DNA of 64,000 nt, taken from a virus. Taxonomy: Duplodnaviria; Caudoviricetes. The notes below the pieces were generated by a model. It worked only from the letters and a program-made list of their open reading frames with translations, searched no databases and had not been told where the DNA came from. This document shows positions 20,186-31,481 of this stretch, piece by piece; within the stretch, counting starts at the first letter, position 1; each line of letters begins with the position of its first letter. The position numbers and the translations under genes were made by a program. The stretch is taken from positions 96,001 through 160,000 of the IMG/VR virus record IMGVR_UViG_3300013947_000019. One strand, written 5' to 3'.

Positions 20186-20955
20186 ATAATTACTCCTTGA
20201 TTATTCATTGGTAAGTTATTCCATTGAAACTGTTGTGTTACTGGAGGTTGTTGATTGATTTCATTCTGCTGACTAGTAAACTTATTGATATCTTTCCCAG
20301 TTAATATAGTTAAGAAGTTACGGATATCTCTGATATCTTCACTCACTCGATCAAGTTTATTGTTGATATCGAAATTTTGTTCAACGATATTCAATAATAA
20401 ACTATACACTTGAATGTCCAAATGATGAATGATCTCACAAAATTCCCGTACTTCTTTATGGGTCATACTACCAACAAATATTCCTTTATGCACAATTGTA
20501 ACACCAAATGATTCTGTAGAACCAAAAGCAAATACTGCAGGACTAACCACGATATCACCACTATAGAGTTTCATTTTACGACTGCACTCTTTAGCTACAT
20601 TTTTGTCCATCATGATATATCCATTTGGATCCTTTGTAAATAGCTTTGGGTTCGATAGTTCTTTATAAACTTTCTCTAGTAGATTTATAAAGATATATAT
20701 ACTATCGATTGGTATTGGAAGGAATCCACGTTCCTTCTTTTCTCGGTTATACTGTGGATATGTCATCCCTTTATGAATAACCATACTTGGAATCACTGAT
20801 ATCTTTGGTGCATAGATTAGAACTTTGGCATTTTCTCCAGGAGGAGCCCATTGTCTAAATATATCTAACTCTTCTTTATTTGTATTTGTTTTTGGCGATA
20901 CGACAACAGACCATTCCAGATCAAACCCCTGAAACACCGATGACTTCAGTCTCAT
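20182..20955 (-). CDS. Hypothetical protein
   Basis: 257-aa ORF within the operon. Confidence 0.55.
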   Translation of the reverse strand: MRLKSSVFQGFDLEWSVVVSPKTNTNKEELDIFRQWAPPGENAKVLIYAPKISVIPSMVIHKGMTYPQYNREKKERGFLPIPIDSIYIFINLLEKVYKELSNPKLFTKDPNGYIMMDKNVAKECSRKMKLYSGDIVVSPAVFAFGSTESFGVTIVHKGIFVGSMTHKEVREFCEIIHHLDIQVYSLLLNIVEQNFDINNKLDRVSEDIRDIRNFLTILTGKDINKFTSQQNEINQQPPVTQQFQWNNLPMNNQGVII

Positions 20956-21193
20956 CTTCTGTATCCTCTACTTCCTCATCCAACTCTTCTGTTTCTTCAA
21001 CATTATCTGTTACTTCATCATCAACAGCTTCAGGAATAGTTGGAACAGGAGTAAATTCACTCTTATAAATCATACGGATGATATTATCATCTACTTTACC
21101 GATCATACGAATAAAGGTAGTGATTACCAATGCCCATACGACCAGGAATACGATACCTACAACAATGCAGGTAATAATTGTTGATGTGTTCAT
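20921..21193 (-). CDS. Small membrane protein with acidic tail
   Basis: N-terminal transmembrane-like helix; RBS aaggagg. Confidence 0.6.
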   Translation of the reverse strand: MNTSTIITCIVVGIVFLVVWALVITTFIRMIGKVDDNIIRMIYKSEFTPVPTIPEAVDDEVTDNVEETEELDEEVEDTEDETEVIGVSGV

Positions 21194-21238
21194 TTGTATA
21201 ATTCCTCCTTATTAGTTTCACTTATATAGTATATATCT

Positions 21239-22828
21239 CTAATCAACGAAGAATAATTTACCTGTTTTGCTTCTATTGATTAGTTCAGCTTTACGCTTAT
21301 CAAACTGCCTCATGGTTTTCATATAACCAGTATTTAATAGTTCGATATATACTACTTGTGATCCATCTTTGAGTTCACGAAGACGACCAGAGATTTGTCT
21401 TGCTGTCAACCAATTACTATATGTACTACAGTAAATGAGCACTTGCAAATTTGGTATATTTGCACCAGTACCAAGACTACTATCCGTAGCAACAATGATA
21501 CGTTTCTCCAGTGCAGCTTCTTTATCAGCTTTCTTCATTCCTCCATAATACACTGATGTTTCTCCAGGAAATACTTCTTCAGCGAGTTTCTGAATATAAT
21601 AAAGAGTATCAATCGACTGAGCCATAAGCATTAGTCGTTTATCTTTACCCATAATCCCTTTAGCCCACTTTAAAAGTACCATAATAGCATCATTATAACT
21701 TTGCCTTTGCCATTCAGGAGAGTTGATCAATTCGCGCTCATACGACTTAGTATTTAATCCAGTCTTATTATTAACCATAGCTCTGATCTGTTGAGGAGTA
21801 GGAGTCCATCGGAACTTCTTAATCATTATTGTAATATGTCTCTCTTCTTTGGTATTAAAGTCTCCACCAAAATGAGGAACATTCTTAAATAATGTTTTAA
21901 AGATCCAGTTCTCTTTCTGCTCTGCTCGACCAGGACTAGCTGACATATAGTAATTGGTATGAAAATTACTGAGTGCTTCGATCATAGATACGGCTCGAAT
22001 ATCACGATGAATTTCATCTATGATTTTGATATATGCACCAGTAGCTCTGAGCATCTCAATTGTTTGAATATTGCCATATCGTTTCTGATAACTTGCAATA
22101 GTATCAGTACTACAGATAAAGACTTGAATATCTTTACATTTTCCTTCTAAGATTTTATTGCAAGCATCAGAACCTTGGATGATCATAATATCATCTTTAT
22201 TAAGTGAAGTAAAGCTTGTAAAAGCATCTAACCATTCACCTAATAGTTTACTAAATGGAACAAAGACAATAACTTTCTTTTTCCAATAAGCTGTTGTAGC
22301 TACACCACAATACGTTTTCCCGAAACCTGTGGGGATATCAATTAGTTGCTGGGACTGTTTAATTGTTGCATACATGCCTTGCCGAGTCATAAACGTTAAT
22401 GCAACCTTTTGAATATCACTCCGAGGAGGAGCATATAATTCAATAGTAGATTCCTGACCAACAAAGGCATCATTCATAACTCGCATTGGATGATTAGGAA
22501 AGAAATTTTTAAGGCGATATAGATCATATCCACGATTGATACGAAACTCTTTATATTCAGGAACATAATACCCTCCGATAAGTTCATATCGGAAGGTCAT
22601 CTTATTCCAAATACTCAGAGATTTTTCGAACTCTCTATTATCGCCCATCTTATAGTCACAAATACTAATGTGGCCATGATGCAAAACAATTTCTTTTGTT
22701 CCTGTATGAATAAATCGATTTTGAATATCGACAGTTTTTCCTATGGGATGTTTGGGTATCAGTCGGATAAACCCATCCTCATCCCGGGGCATGTCTTTGA
22801 GTCTGGGATATGACTCCTGATAATCCAT
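21239..22828 (-). CDS. Superfamily 2 (DExH) helicase
   Basis: PTGFGKT, IIDEIH, MSASP, SLGTGANIP, QISGRLR. Confidence 0.9.
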   Translation of the reverse strand: MDYQESYPRLKDMPRDEDGFIRLIPKHPIGKTVDIQNRFIHTGTKEIVLHHGHISICDYKMGDNREFEKSLSIWNKMTFRYELIGGYYVPEYKEFRINRGYDLYRLKNFFPNHPMRVMNDAFVGQESTIELYAPPRSDIQKVALTFMTRQGMYATIKQSQQLIDIPTGFGKTYCGVATTAYWKKKVIVFVPFSKLLGEWLDAFTSFTSLNKDDIMIIQGSDACNKILEGKCKDIQVFICSTDTIASYQKRYGNIQTIEMLRATGAYIKIIDEIHRDIRAVSMIEALSNFHTNYYMSASPGRAEQKENWIFKTLFKNVPHFGGDFNTKEERHITIMIKKFRWTPTPQQIRAMVNNKTGLNTKSYERELINSPEWQRQSYNDAIMVLLKWAKGIMGKDKRLMLMAQSIDTLYYIQKLAEEVFPGETSVYYGGMKKADKEAALEKRIIVATDSSLGTGANIPNLQVLIYCSTYSNWLTARQISGRLRELKDGSQVVYIELLNTGYMKTMRQFDKRKAELINRSKTGKLFFVD

Positions 22829-22839
22829 TTGTATTCACC

Positions 22840-23049
22840 TCATTTGTTTAATTCCGTATGATCGCTATATCTTAATTCACTCTGTTCTTCCAAATATGGA
22901 TATCGAATTGTGCATCTTCTTTGACAAAAGAAATTAGTACAATTATACACATTAGATGAAACATTCTCACGCATACCACAACTTACTGCATAACAACTAT
23001 TGCTTGTATTATATGTACTATAAGTTTGAGAATAATTAGGCGTGTTCAT
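22840..23049 (-). CDS. Small Cys-containing hypothetical protein
   Basis: RBS ggaggtg. Confidence 0.5.
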   Translation of the reverse strand: MNTPNYSQTYSTYNTSNSCYAVSCGMRENVSSNVYNCTNFFCQRRCTIRYPYLEEQSELRYSDHTELNK

Positions 23050-23134
23050 TCACGTCACCTCCTGTTGTATAATGTAGTTAATGAAATTGTAGAAAAAGAA
23101 GAGGGAGGAGCCGAAGCCCCTCCCTAATCTTCTA

Positions 23135-23626
23135 TTACTCAACAGAGCTAGACTCCGACTCCACAGTTTCAGTAGGCTCCTCAACCGTAGCCTTGATGTT
23201 CTGGGTCCAGGTATTACGACCAATGGGACCCTTGTCACCCATAGGAGTCACAGAGATGCGACCACCCTTCAGGGACAGATAAGCATTGATGAAATACGCG
23301 GGAGTATTGGTCTCCGTATTCAGGACCACGATAGAAGCAGTAGCACGAATCAGATCATGAGTCTCACGATCAGTACGCACAAAACGCTCCACAGTATACA
23401 GGTCCAGATTGGGATAGTCCTCGCCAGCATGCAGAGGATAGGAGCCCAGCTGGAACAGCTGATTCTCCAGCTCACGACGATCGTTAGCAGTAGCATAATT
23501 GTCCAGGTAGTTACGGGCCTGGACCTCCAGATCAGCAGCGATCTCCTTCTGGAAAGCATCGTACACGGGCTCGGGCTTGGTCTTGTTGTTCCCCTTCTTG
23601 AAATTCTTCTTCTTGTTCAGTTCCAT
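23135..23626 (-). CDS. Hypothetical protein, likely highly expressed
   Basis: aaggag RBS before MELNKKK, biased codons, and terminator at 23102-23126. Confidence 0.6.
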   Translation of the reverse strand: MELNKKKNFKKGNNKTKPEPVYDAFQKEIAADLEVQARNYLDNYATANDRRELENQLFQLGSYPLHAGEDYPNLDLYTVERFVRTDRETHDLIRATASIVVLNTETNTPAYFINAYLSLKGGRISVTPMGDKGPIGRNTWTQNIKATVEEPTETVESESSSVE

Positions 23627-23662
23627 CAGTTTCGTCTCCTTCATGTCAGTAAAGATTTTTAT

Positions 23663-25819
23663 TTAGCAGATAAACCAGTCATATTGACTGGTACCGCACT
23701 TGAGATAGGTACCATATTTACCAGATAACTGTCCACTGGATTCATGGTACAGAATAGATGTGATCGGAGAATGATTTGCAAAGATTGCAGTATCTACCGT
23801 CATAAATTTATATTCAGGTTTTTCCAAACTCCAATCAACAGGTTTACCCTTCGGGTTACAGATCAATTGAGATACCAGCAATTCCTGCTGGAACTCAGGA
23901 AGATGAATACCACCAGCAACAAACAGAGGAATCAGTGTATTCAGAAGATCATCATAATTGGTGAACTCATTAATACGACTAGTACCTTTTAGTATATCCT
24001 GCATAGTATTCAGAGGTTTCGCAATACCGTTGTTCATATACTGATATTCAAACAGAATCTCAGGTTCAGAAATTCCATTATTAATAATATCAGTAAATTT
24101 GATGAGTACAGGTTCATCCGGATTATGATGTGCAATTGCCGGAAGAAATACTTTTAATACGAAGTCAGGAGACAAACAGATAGGAACACCATTCTCCTCA
24201 TGAATAGATACACGAGTATCAGCATTCTTATCATATACAATGATTTCAGAGGTGGATCGGTCGAAGTGTCTACCTTCACCATCCAGTACTTTCTTCATAG
24301 TTGTCAGATGGAACTCAAGATACAGATCATTAATATGCTCTTCTCCATTTAACGAAGCTTCAAGAAGTGCATCATTGAAACGGATCTGTCCAGCTGCCTT
24401 TGTGAAATAAGCATCGAACAGATCATTGAACTCGATATCATTCGTATTAGTATTCAGTGCATGCTTTGCAGACAACAATTTCTGTTCAATCTCGTCAGCA
24501 GAATTCAATCCAGCCAATCTGCCGATATGAATATCTCGATTCAAATTGGCCATCAGTTTTCCATAACAAGCTGAACAAATATACCCTTCATTTCTACGAG
24601 GATGCGTACAAGTAATTGGCGTCTTTATATATAAACGTTTACCAATTAAATTTGTATCATCTGGAGAAATAATAAAGTACTCATCTTCTTTTGGATCCAG
24701 AGTTGCAACTCGTCCTTCCAGTTTTTCAAGCATATCCAAACCAGCAATATCACGAATACGGAAATGCTTAGAATCACACTCCCAATCAGGATCTACATAT
24801 CGAACACCAGATAGAAGCATGGTCAAAGAACGTTCAAATGCACCTGCATCAGAAACGTTCAGTTTCAACACTTCAGCCTTTCGTCCACCATAAGCATCTA
24901 CCATAAATGCTACAGGATGTTTCAATCCTTTAATGATATTAGTATGGTGTGTCATGGGAATCGTATGATCATTTAGGTCAGGTTTATATCCTTGTAAGAC
25001 AAAGAACTCACCAGCTTGACCAGGATTAAACAAACCATTACGAGCATACACAGAAATAGGAAGGTCAGTCTGTTCACCCATGATATTCAGAAGTTTTGCA
25101 GTTTCTTTCTTCTTCAGTTGCTCCAACTCACTCGGTTCGATATCATCAGGGATATCAAAATCACAGTCCATCAGTTTACGAGCATGTTCAGAACGATTTG
25201 CAACTTCCAAGAAATCGTTATTAGAAATAGATAAAGATAACCGATCTCCTGCTTCTGCACACCACAAATTGGTCAGATACTTAGCCCACTCGATCAGTTC
25301 ACTCAGATAACGCATATTACAATTACCACGAGCTTTTGTAATATAGACATTCATCTGCTTATCCCAACCAGAGGCAGTCCACTTCTCAGGAACCCAAGGA
25401 GTCCAGTTCTTCATATCGCACTGCGTCAGGATTGGAATAATGAGCATTGTGTAATTGATAAAGAACTGGAATAAAGGAAGATCAATAGGAACTTGACCAG
25501 GATATACACGAAAACGAATACATTGGCCAAGACCAATATGAGAGATATCACTTCCATACATATTCCGGAAGTGTTTAATCATAGCTCTGGCATTAAATTC
25601 AAAATCTTCCAGAGAATGTTCATAGACATTGACAACTTGATACAGTTGATCAAACATCTCCTGATCCAATTTATCTTCCGTAGAATAGATAAAGATTGGA
25701 TGTGTAAATTTCTTTTTTCTTACTTTCTTTGGGATTAAGTCTTCGACGTGATACCCGAGATAGTCAGCGCTTAATTCCTTTCTCGGTTCTTTGGACATAT
25801 CGAATTTCCTCCAATACAA
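23663..25819 (-). CDS. Phage RNA polymerase beta-prime C subunit
   Basis: Bridge-helix-like AYGGRKAE..SDAGAFERSL, KTPITC...ICSACYG zinc site, trigger-loop-like EQKLLSAKH. Confidence 0.88.
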   Translation of the reverse strand: MYWRKFDMSKEPRKELSADYLGYHVEDLIPKKVRKKKFTHPIFIYSTEDKLDQEMFDQLYQVVNVYEHSLEDFEFNARAMIKHFRNMYGSDISHIGLGQCIRFRVYPGQVPIDLPLFQFFINYTMLIIPILTQCDMKNWTPWVPEKWTASGWDKQMNVYITKARGNCNMRYLSELIEWAKYLTNLWCAEAGDRLSLSISNNDFLEVANRSEHARKLMDCDFDIPDDIEPSELEQLKKKETAKLLNIMGEQTDLPISVYARNGLFNPGQAGEFFVLQGYKPDLNDHTIPMTHHTNIIKGLKHPVAFMVDAYGGRKAEVLKLNVSDAGAFERSLTMLLSGVRYVDPDWECDSKHFRIRDIAGLDMLEKLEGRVATLDPKEDEYFIISPDDTNLIGKRLYIKTPITCTHPRRNEGYICSACYGKLMANLNRDIHIGRLAGLNSADEIEQKLLSAKHALNTNTNDIEFNDLFDAYFTKAAGQIRFNDALLEASLNGEEHINDLYLEFHLTTMKKVLDGEGRHFDRSTSEIIVYDKNADTRVSIHEENGVPICLSPDFVLKVFLPAIAHHNPDEPVLIKFTDIINNGISEPEILFEYQYMNNGIAKPLNTMQDILKGTSRINEFTNYDDLLNTLIPLFVAGGIHLPEFQQELLVSQLICNPKGKPVDWSLEKPEYKFMTVDTAIFANHSPITSILYHESSGQLSGKYGTYLKCGTSQYDWFIC

Positions 25820-25917
25820 TAGTATACTTCACATCTATAGTATATAGATGTAAACTGTTTATTCAAAATTAAAGTAGCCAGGGAGTGTTTATATGCTCCC
25901 CAGCTACTCTATTTGAA

Positions 25918-27738
25918 TTACAGTTCGCACATGAATCTACACCATTCATCGATTAGAGATAAGTCAGTAGGACGAATCGATAAACCATTCATCTCACTGT
26001 CATACTCTACAACGATAATAGGACAAGATAATGCATTATTCAGTTCTCCATAGAACTTACTCATATTAATCTGATTAATTGTATCTTTAAACTGATCCAC
26101 CCAGTCTTTATAGAGAGGATTATTCTCAAAAGTCTTCGCAACGGCCTTAGGGTTCTTCTTATGCATCTGAGATATCTTGATGGTTCCAGAAATATAATAA
26201 GGAAGATAGTTATAATTACGACGACGTAAGTCACGTTTCATGATCATAATGATCTTAATAATATCTTCAAATTCCATCATCTTGACATCTTCAGATGTTC
26301 CCAAGCTATTACTACAATACAAAGATATCAGATAAAGCTGCGTATCAAACAAGGGCTTCTTGATATTCTTCTGATAAAATTCAAATTCAGCCTGAGTTTC
26401 TTTATCAGGAGAAACTTTATTTGCATCAATAGGATCAGGAACTCGATAGAAGTCCAGACCCACATCTTGTCCTAACATCCAGATCATATGTTTGATAGAA
26501 GCATATGCCCTCAATCGGTCACGCTCTGAATGTTGAGTGCGATCCATCTGCCATCGATCAAATCGACTGATCGATTCATTGACACTATCAGAAGGTTCCA
26601 TCTTCATGTCAGACATCTCATATTTATCAGGTTGAATCAATTCATTTCGAATCGATTTATCAAAACAAACATGAATAAAGATAATAGCTGACTGATTAAA
26701 TACAACCTTCTGAACAATATCATTCATATAATCTCGCATCAGCGTATAGGTAAAGTTTGTTGTTCCTTTACCAAAACGTTCACGACGTTTCCACATCAGA
26801 ACCTCACGATTCTCAGTCTTACTGATACGAGTGGTAGCAGTATGATACAGCTTCTCATAGAGATTAATATCATAATGCTTATCGAACAAATCAGTGAATG
26901 TCTGGAATACCTGGAAATAGAGATCCTTATCAGACATACCAGCCTCTTCTACTTCTTTTCTTCTAATTGCATAATAATGAGATGCAATCGGGATTACAAA
27001 ACGAGTAAAGATACTGGTACCCATGATAGCCTTCAAATGTTCTACTGTTAACTGAATAGATTCATCATACTGACGATCTGTTTTCTTAATCAATGTCTCA
27101 TCAGTATTATACTCCACCATTGCAATTACCTTCTGAACCATTGATTTACTTGCTAAAGTTGCATAGATAGAATCAATGAATTCAGTAACGGGTAATTCGA
27201 CAGACTGTAAGTGGAGTTGAATCATAAACTTAAAATACGCCTGCATAAGCTCATCATCGTCATCAAAATATTCAATGAAATAGTTTATGTAGCGTATGGT
27301 CAGATTCATATTATTGATGAACGATTTTTTGCTAATTTCTGCATAAGATAGTTTACGAATAGTAGGATTCTCTCCATTGTCATCGGTATACATGCGATAA
27401 CCATCCAACATCTCTCCAAAGTTGAATTTCACATATTTACCTGCATTCACTGATTTGATATATTCTCCAACTCTACAATGTTCATAGAATCGCTGCAAAG
27501 CTTCTGGACTTAAGTCATTCTTCTTAAACCCATCATCCACAAGAGGAATTGTCCTCTCCTTTAATCGCCTCGCAATAATATCGGGAGGTAGTTTGCCGCT
27601 AGTAGTTAACTCGATCTTCTCAATCGAACTCTTCTTATCATCTCCTGGTACAATAATTTTCTTTTTTGGTGATACATCAACTGTATCATCATTTTGCGCA
27701 AAGAGGGTTTGGGCAAGGTTCTTTATTTTCTTTGCCAT
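25918..27738 (-). CDS. Probable promoter-specificity (sigma-like) subunit of non-virion RNAP, AR9 gp226/phiKZ gp68 type
   Basis: Large helical protein directly upstream of beta-prime C and the helicase, resembling phiKZ-like gene order. No diagnostic motif verified. Confidence 0.45.
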   Translation of the reverse strand: MAKKIKNLAQTLFAQNDDTVDVSPKKKIIVPGDDKKSSIEKIELTTSGKLPPDIIARRLKERTIPLVDDGFKKNDLSPEALQRFYEHCRVGEYIKSVNAGKYVKFNFGEMLDGYRMYTDDNGENPTIRKLSYAEISKKSFINNMNLTIRYINYFIEYFDDDDELMQAYFKFMIQLHLQSVELPVTEFIDSIYATLASKSMVQKVIAMVEYNTDETLIKKTDRQYDESIQLTVEHLKAIMGTSIFTRFVIPIASHYYAIRRKEVEEAGMSDKDLYFQVFQTFTDLFDKHYDINLYEKLYHTATTRISKTENREVLMWKRRERFGKGTTNFTYTLMRDYMNDIVQKVVFNQSAIIFIHVCFDKSIRNELIQPDKYEMSDMKMEPSDSVNESISRFDRWQMDRTQHSERDRLRAYASIKHMIWMLGQDVGLDFYRVPDPIDANKVSPDKETQAEFEFYQKNIKKPLFDTQLYLISLYCSNSLGTSEDVKMMEFEDIIKIIMIMKRDLRRRNYNYLPYYISGTIKISQMHKKNPKAVAKTFENNPLYKDWVDQFKDTINQINMSKFYGELNNALSCPIIVVEYDSEMNGLSIRPTDLSLIDEWCRFMCEL

Positions 27739-27812
27739 AGTATCTTACTCCTCCTATTTAATTCATATCTATAATATATAGATAAAAAGTTGTCGCCAAA
27801 AGTTAGTACATG

Positions 27813-28661
27813 TTATTTTCCAGTAGATCTCGGTTTCCTCATACCACTGGGTTTACGTGCACTAATCGGGGCTTTTGGTTTCAACACATTTCGCGTATTA
27901 TTCAAACGACGAAGCTTAGTTTCATGCTCTTTGAAAATAGCTTGCTCTTTTGCTTTTTCGCGCTTCTTTTTATCTGCTTCTTTTCGAGCAATCTTTTTCC
28001 GTTCTTCCATGAGTTTATCGAACTCAGGAATAGAAGTCATCAACTGATTCTCAGTAATTCTTTTAGCTTGTCTCTGTAACTGAGGAAGGGTAGTGACATC
28101 TTCCAGATAAATAATTGCCAGATAGATAGATGAATCAAATAAAGGTAAGTTATGTGGGTTACGAACAACAGGAGGATTTTTAAGTACTTCATCTCCAAGC
28201 TTCTTTTCAGCAGCTGGAATGAGGAGCCGATCTGCAGGGATCTTCCCCTGCAGTTTATTAATAAGTAAACCAGGACCTTTTCTGGATTTCTTAGGATCGA
28301 TTGTCTGTCCTTCTGGATCTAAGTGATAGAATACATATGCGTATGAATATACAAAAGATGGACTATCACTAAAGATCTTAACATGACAATCTCTGATAGT
28401 AACTGCATTCTTCAAAGGTTCTAATTCGAGCAGTACATCATAATAGAATTTTGTAGCCAAGCTACGAGAGGGAACTTTCACATGAACAATCATTCGATCT
28501 CCAGGAGTAACAGTATATACTGCATGTAAAAAAGGTTTCACATTATTCTTAGACATCTCATCATATCGCTCACGCATTTCTTCGATAAAACCTTTCATAG
28601 GGATCTTAATAGATCCTTTCCCCACTGAAACATTATCGAGCATGAATTCTTTCAGTAACAT
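27813..28661 (-). CDS. Hypothetical protein with basic C-terminus
   Basis: Strong RBS; 282 aa. Confidence 0.6.
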   Translation of the reverse strand: MLLKEFMLDNVSVGKGSIKIPMKGFIEEMRERYDEMSKNNVKPFLHAVYTVTPGDRMIVHVKVPSRSLATKFYYDVLLELEPLKNAVTIRDCHVKIFSDSPSFVYSYAYVFYHLDPEGQTIDPKKSRKGPGLLINKLQGKIPADRLLIPAAEKKLGDEVLKNPPVVRNPHNLPLFDSSIYLAIIYLEDVTTLPQLQRQAKRITENQLMTSIPEFDKLMEERKKIARKEADKKKREKAKEQAIFKEHETKLRRLNNTRNVLKPKAPISARKPSGMRKPRSTGK

Positions 28662-28799
28662 CCTCTACCCTCCTTCTCCGATAACAAAAAGAACCGTACT
28701 ATTAAGACATAATAGTACTGTTATTAATCTGTTAGTTACATTTTCAAAAAATAATGGAAACATATAAGGGGTACCCAATGAAGGGTACCCCTTATTTTA

Positions 28800-30068
28800 T
28801 TATTCATCTTCTTTGAATGATTTCCTTACCATCATTTCACGCTTGATGATTTTATCAATTGTATTTGCACACTGTACAAAATTATGCTCATTCCACCCTC
28901 TGGTAGTCATAGCAGGTGTACCAATCCGAACACCAGAACACTGAGAAGGAGAAAGAGTATCATTAGGAATCATATTCTTATTCAATGTAATACCCTTCTT
29001 ATCAAGAAGTTCTTGTACTTCTTTACCAGTCAACCCAGTAGTAGAATATACATCCAGCAAGAACATATGGTTATCCGTTCCATCAGTGATTACATGATAT
29101 CCCAACTGACTAAACCAATCAGCCATTACTCTTGCATTAGCTCGGACTTCTTGAACATACTCTCGATACTCTTTCGTTAACATTTCATTTGCACAGACAG
29201 CTTTGGCCGCAATCATATTCTCAAGAGGACCACCCTGAATACCAGGAAACAATGCAGAGTTAACCTTTTTAGTCCACTCGGGCTTAGTAAAGATAATACC
29301 ACCACGAGGACCACGAGCTAACTTCTGAGAAGTCATGGTAATAATATCAGCATACCCGAAAGGAGACTCTAACAGATCGGTTGAGATTAGACCAGATACA
29401 TGTGCAATATCCGCCAGTACAGGGATATCATATCCCTCAGGAGAATACTCTTTTACAAGATTACACATTCTGATATAATGAATCTGACGACTATAAGCAG
29501 AAGCTCCAATAATGACAAGTTTGATCTTATCACTATATTTGCGAAGCTGCTGCTCAAAGTCATTCATATCAATATATCCTTCGGTGTCCAAACCATATTC
29601 AATGATATTATACAGTTTACCACTGAAAGATACTTTAGCACCATGAGAAAGATGACCACCAGAATTCAGACTCATAGAGAGAATAGTATCACCAGGATTA
29701 CAAGTAGCCATAATAGCTGCCATGTTAGCCTGTGTACCAGAATGAGGCTGTACATTCACATCATAGGTATCTTCGCAATTGAATACCTTCTGCCAACGCT
29801 GCTGGCAATATGTTTCCAGTGCATCAGTAGGACCACAACCTCCATAGTAACGCTTACCAGGATATCCTTCTGCATATTTACTGGTAAGGCTACAAGCCAT
29901 AGCAGCTCTTACTGCAGATGAAGGATAGTTTTCAGATGCGATCAATTCAATATTTTTGAACTGACGATCATCCTCCATTTTAATAATCTTAGCTAATTCT
30001 GCCATACCATTGCCGTTACCATCTTTAAGCATTACCTGGATATATTTATTCAGTTCAAAATAATCCAT
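28800..30068 (-). CDS. glyA: Serine hydroxymethyltransferase
   Basis: LIASENY, KYAEGYPGKRYYGG, NVQPHSG, GGHLSHG, KLARGPRGG, GVRIGTPAMTTRG. Start set at ATG 30068 after gaggag. Confidence 0.93.
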   Translation of the reverse strand: MDYFELNKYIQVMLKDGNGNGMAELAKIIKMEDDRQFKNIELIASENYPSSAVRAAMACSLTSKYAEGYPGKRYYGGCGPTDALETYCQQRWQKVFNCEDTYDVNVQPHSGTQANMAAIMATCNPGDTILSMSLNSGGHLSHGAKVSFSGKLYNIIEYGLDTEGYIDMNDFEQQLRKYSDKIKLVIIGASAYSRQIHYIRMCNLVKEYSPEGYDIPVLADIAHVSGLISTDLLESPFGYADIITMTSQKLARGPRGGIIFTKPEWTKKVNSALFPGIQGGPLENMIAAKAVCANEMLTKEYREYVQEVRANARVMADWFSQLGYHVITDGTDNHMFLLDVYSTTGLTGKEVQELLDKKGITLNKNMIPNDTLSPSQCSGVRIGTPAMTTRGWNEHNFVQCANTIDKIIKREMMVRKSFKEDE

Positions 30069-30072
30069 TTTA

Positions 30073-31425
30073 TTAATTCTCCTCTTTAATAATTTTTTCA
30101 GCACGATTAAGAATATTTACTGTATTAGTAGGATTTGTAATAGGAGTCGATACACAAGCCAGACTCTTATTAGAGAATTGAGAAATATTTGTGATATCAT
30201 ATGAGATACCTTTAATAACTTTAATCGGGTCTATTTCGATATTCTGTTTGCGAAGTAAATTAACAATATCACGAGAATTAATAATAGTCATTATACTTGG
30301 ATCATGATATTCGATTTCCATAATATCACAATCCCATTTATCATATGGTTCAGTGAAATAATGATCAATAGAAATCGTATATCTTTCAGTATTCTCTGCA
30401 CCCACTATAAAGTTAGTTCTTAATTTTCTAATAATACGACTACCAGGAATTCGCCAAGCTTTTAAGGTAATGTACGTTTCCTCAGAGATTTCAATTTCAT
30501 TCTCTTCTCTTACACCTCGATCAACAGCAGGACTTTTCTGTGTAAGATAATACTTAACAGAATCTTCTAAAATTGAAGACACTGCTGGAGAAGTAATCTT
30601 TCGTATACGAGTTGTCTTTTTCTTATCAGGATAAGATAAATAAATCTGCTCAATATTCTCTACTGTTTTATATACATTTGTAGCAGAATGTACAATACAG
30701 TTAGATAAATAACCGCAGAACCAGGATCTGACTAAATACCGATTTTCACCTTCCATTGTAGTAGAGTATTCAATGGGTAATCCAATATTCTTTGCTTCAC
30801 TGATGACATTTTGAAGTCTGGCCCAATTATGGCTTGTTTTATCATAATCATAATTATCCAGATCAATATACAATTTACAACAATGACACATTGCCGTTTT
30901 AATCTTTTCCATATCAGCAAATTGAGAACCATTATGTGTGCTTAATACCATATATTTAGCAGACATCTCAATTCTCTTATTGAAAATCTGTTCACTGTTG
31001 TTATTTGCTACATGAAGCATAAGGATGTTGCTGGGAGTTTCTTCTATTAATGGTAGTGATGAAGTTGGTATAAATTTATCAGCGGGATATACCATACGAA
31101 CAAATTCAATATGATATTTATCTTTTGCGTATTCTCTCAGCTTTGTATCTCTCATATTTTGAGAAAGTGTATTTTGATAAATATCATTACATATATAAAC
31201 GATTTTATCCACACATATACCACCAGTAGCATCATTTAAATGATCAAATTCACCCTGAATGATATATTCTTTTTTATCATATGCAGATTTTAGCTGCACA
31301 TAGGTAATTATAAAACTATTAGATGGGTCATCGTAATAACCACCCATAAAGACTAGACCAAGCATACTGACACCAGTATAGTAAGTCATATCATCATTCA
31401 TTGACATAAATATTTCCTCCACCAA
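30073..31425 (-). CDS. Protein with C-terminal CYTH-like domain
   Basis: IEQIYL..RIRK..YLTQK..REENEIEIS..IRKLR..MEIEY pattern. Confidence 0.65.
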   Translation of the reverse strand: MVEEIFMSMNDDMTYYTGVSMLGLVFMGGYYDDPSNSFIITYVQLKSAYDKKEYIIQGEFDHLNDATGGICVDKIVYICNDIYQNTLSQNMRDTKLREYAKDKYHIEFVRMVYPADKFIPTSSLPLIEETPSNILMLHVANNNSEQIFNKRIEMSAKYMVLSTHNGSQFADMEKIKTAMCHCCKLYIDLDNYDYDKTSHNWARLQNVISEAKNIGLPIEYSTTMEGENRYLVRSWFCGYLSNCIVHSATNVYKTVENIEQIYLSYPDKKKTTRIRKITSPAVSSILEDSVKYYLTQKSPAVDRGVREENEIEISEETYITLKAWRIPGSRIIRKLRTNFIVGAENTERYTISIDHYFTEPYDKWDCDIMEIEYHDPSIMTIINSRDIVNLLRKQNIEIDPIKVIKGISYDITNISQFSNKSLACVSTPITNPTNTVNILNRAEKIIKEEN

Positions 31426-31481
31426 AAAATATTTTTATGAAAAGAGAGGGAGCGAGATTTCTCCCGCTCCCTTTATCTTTA

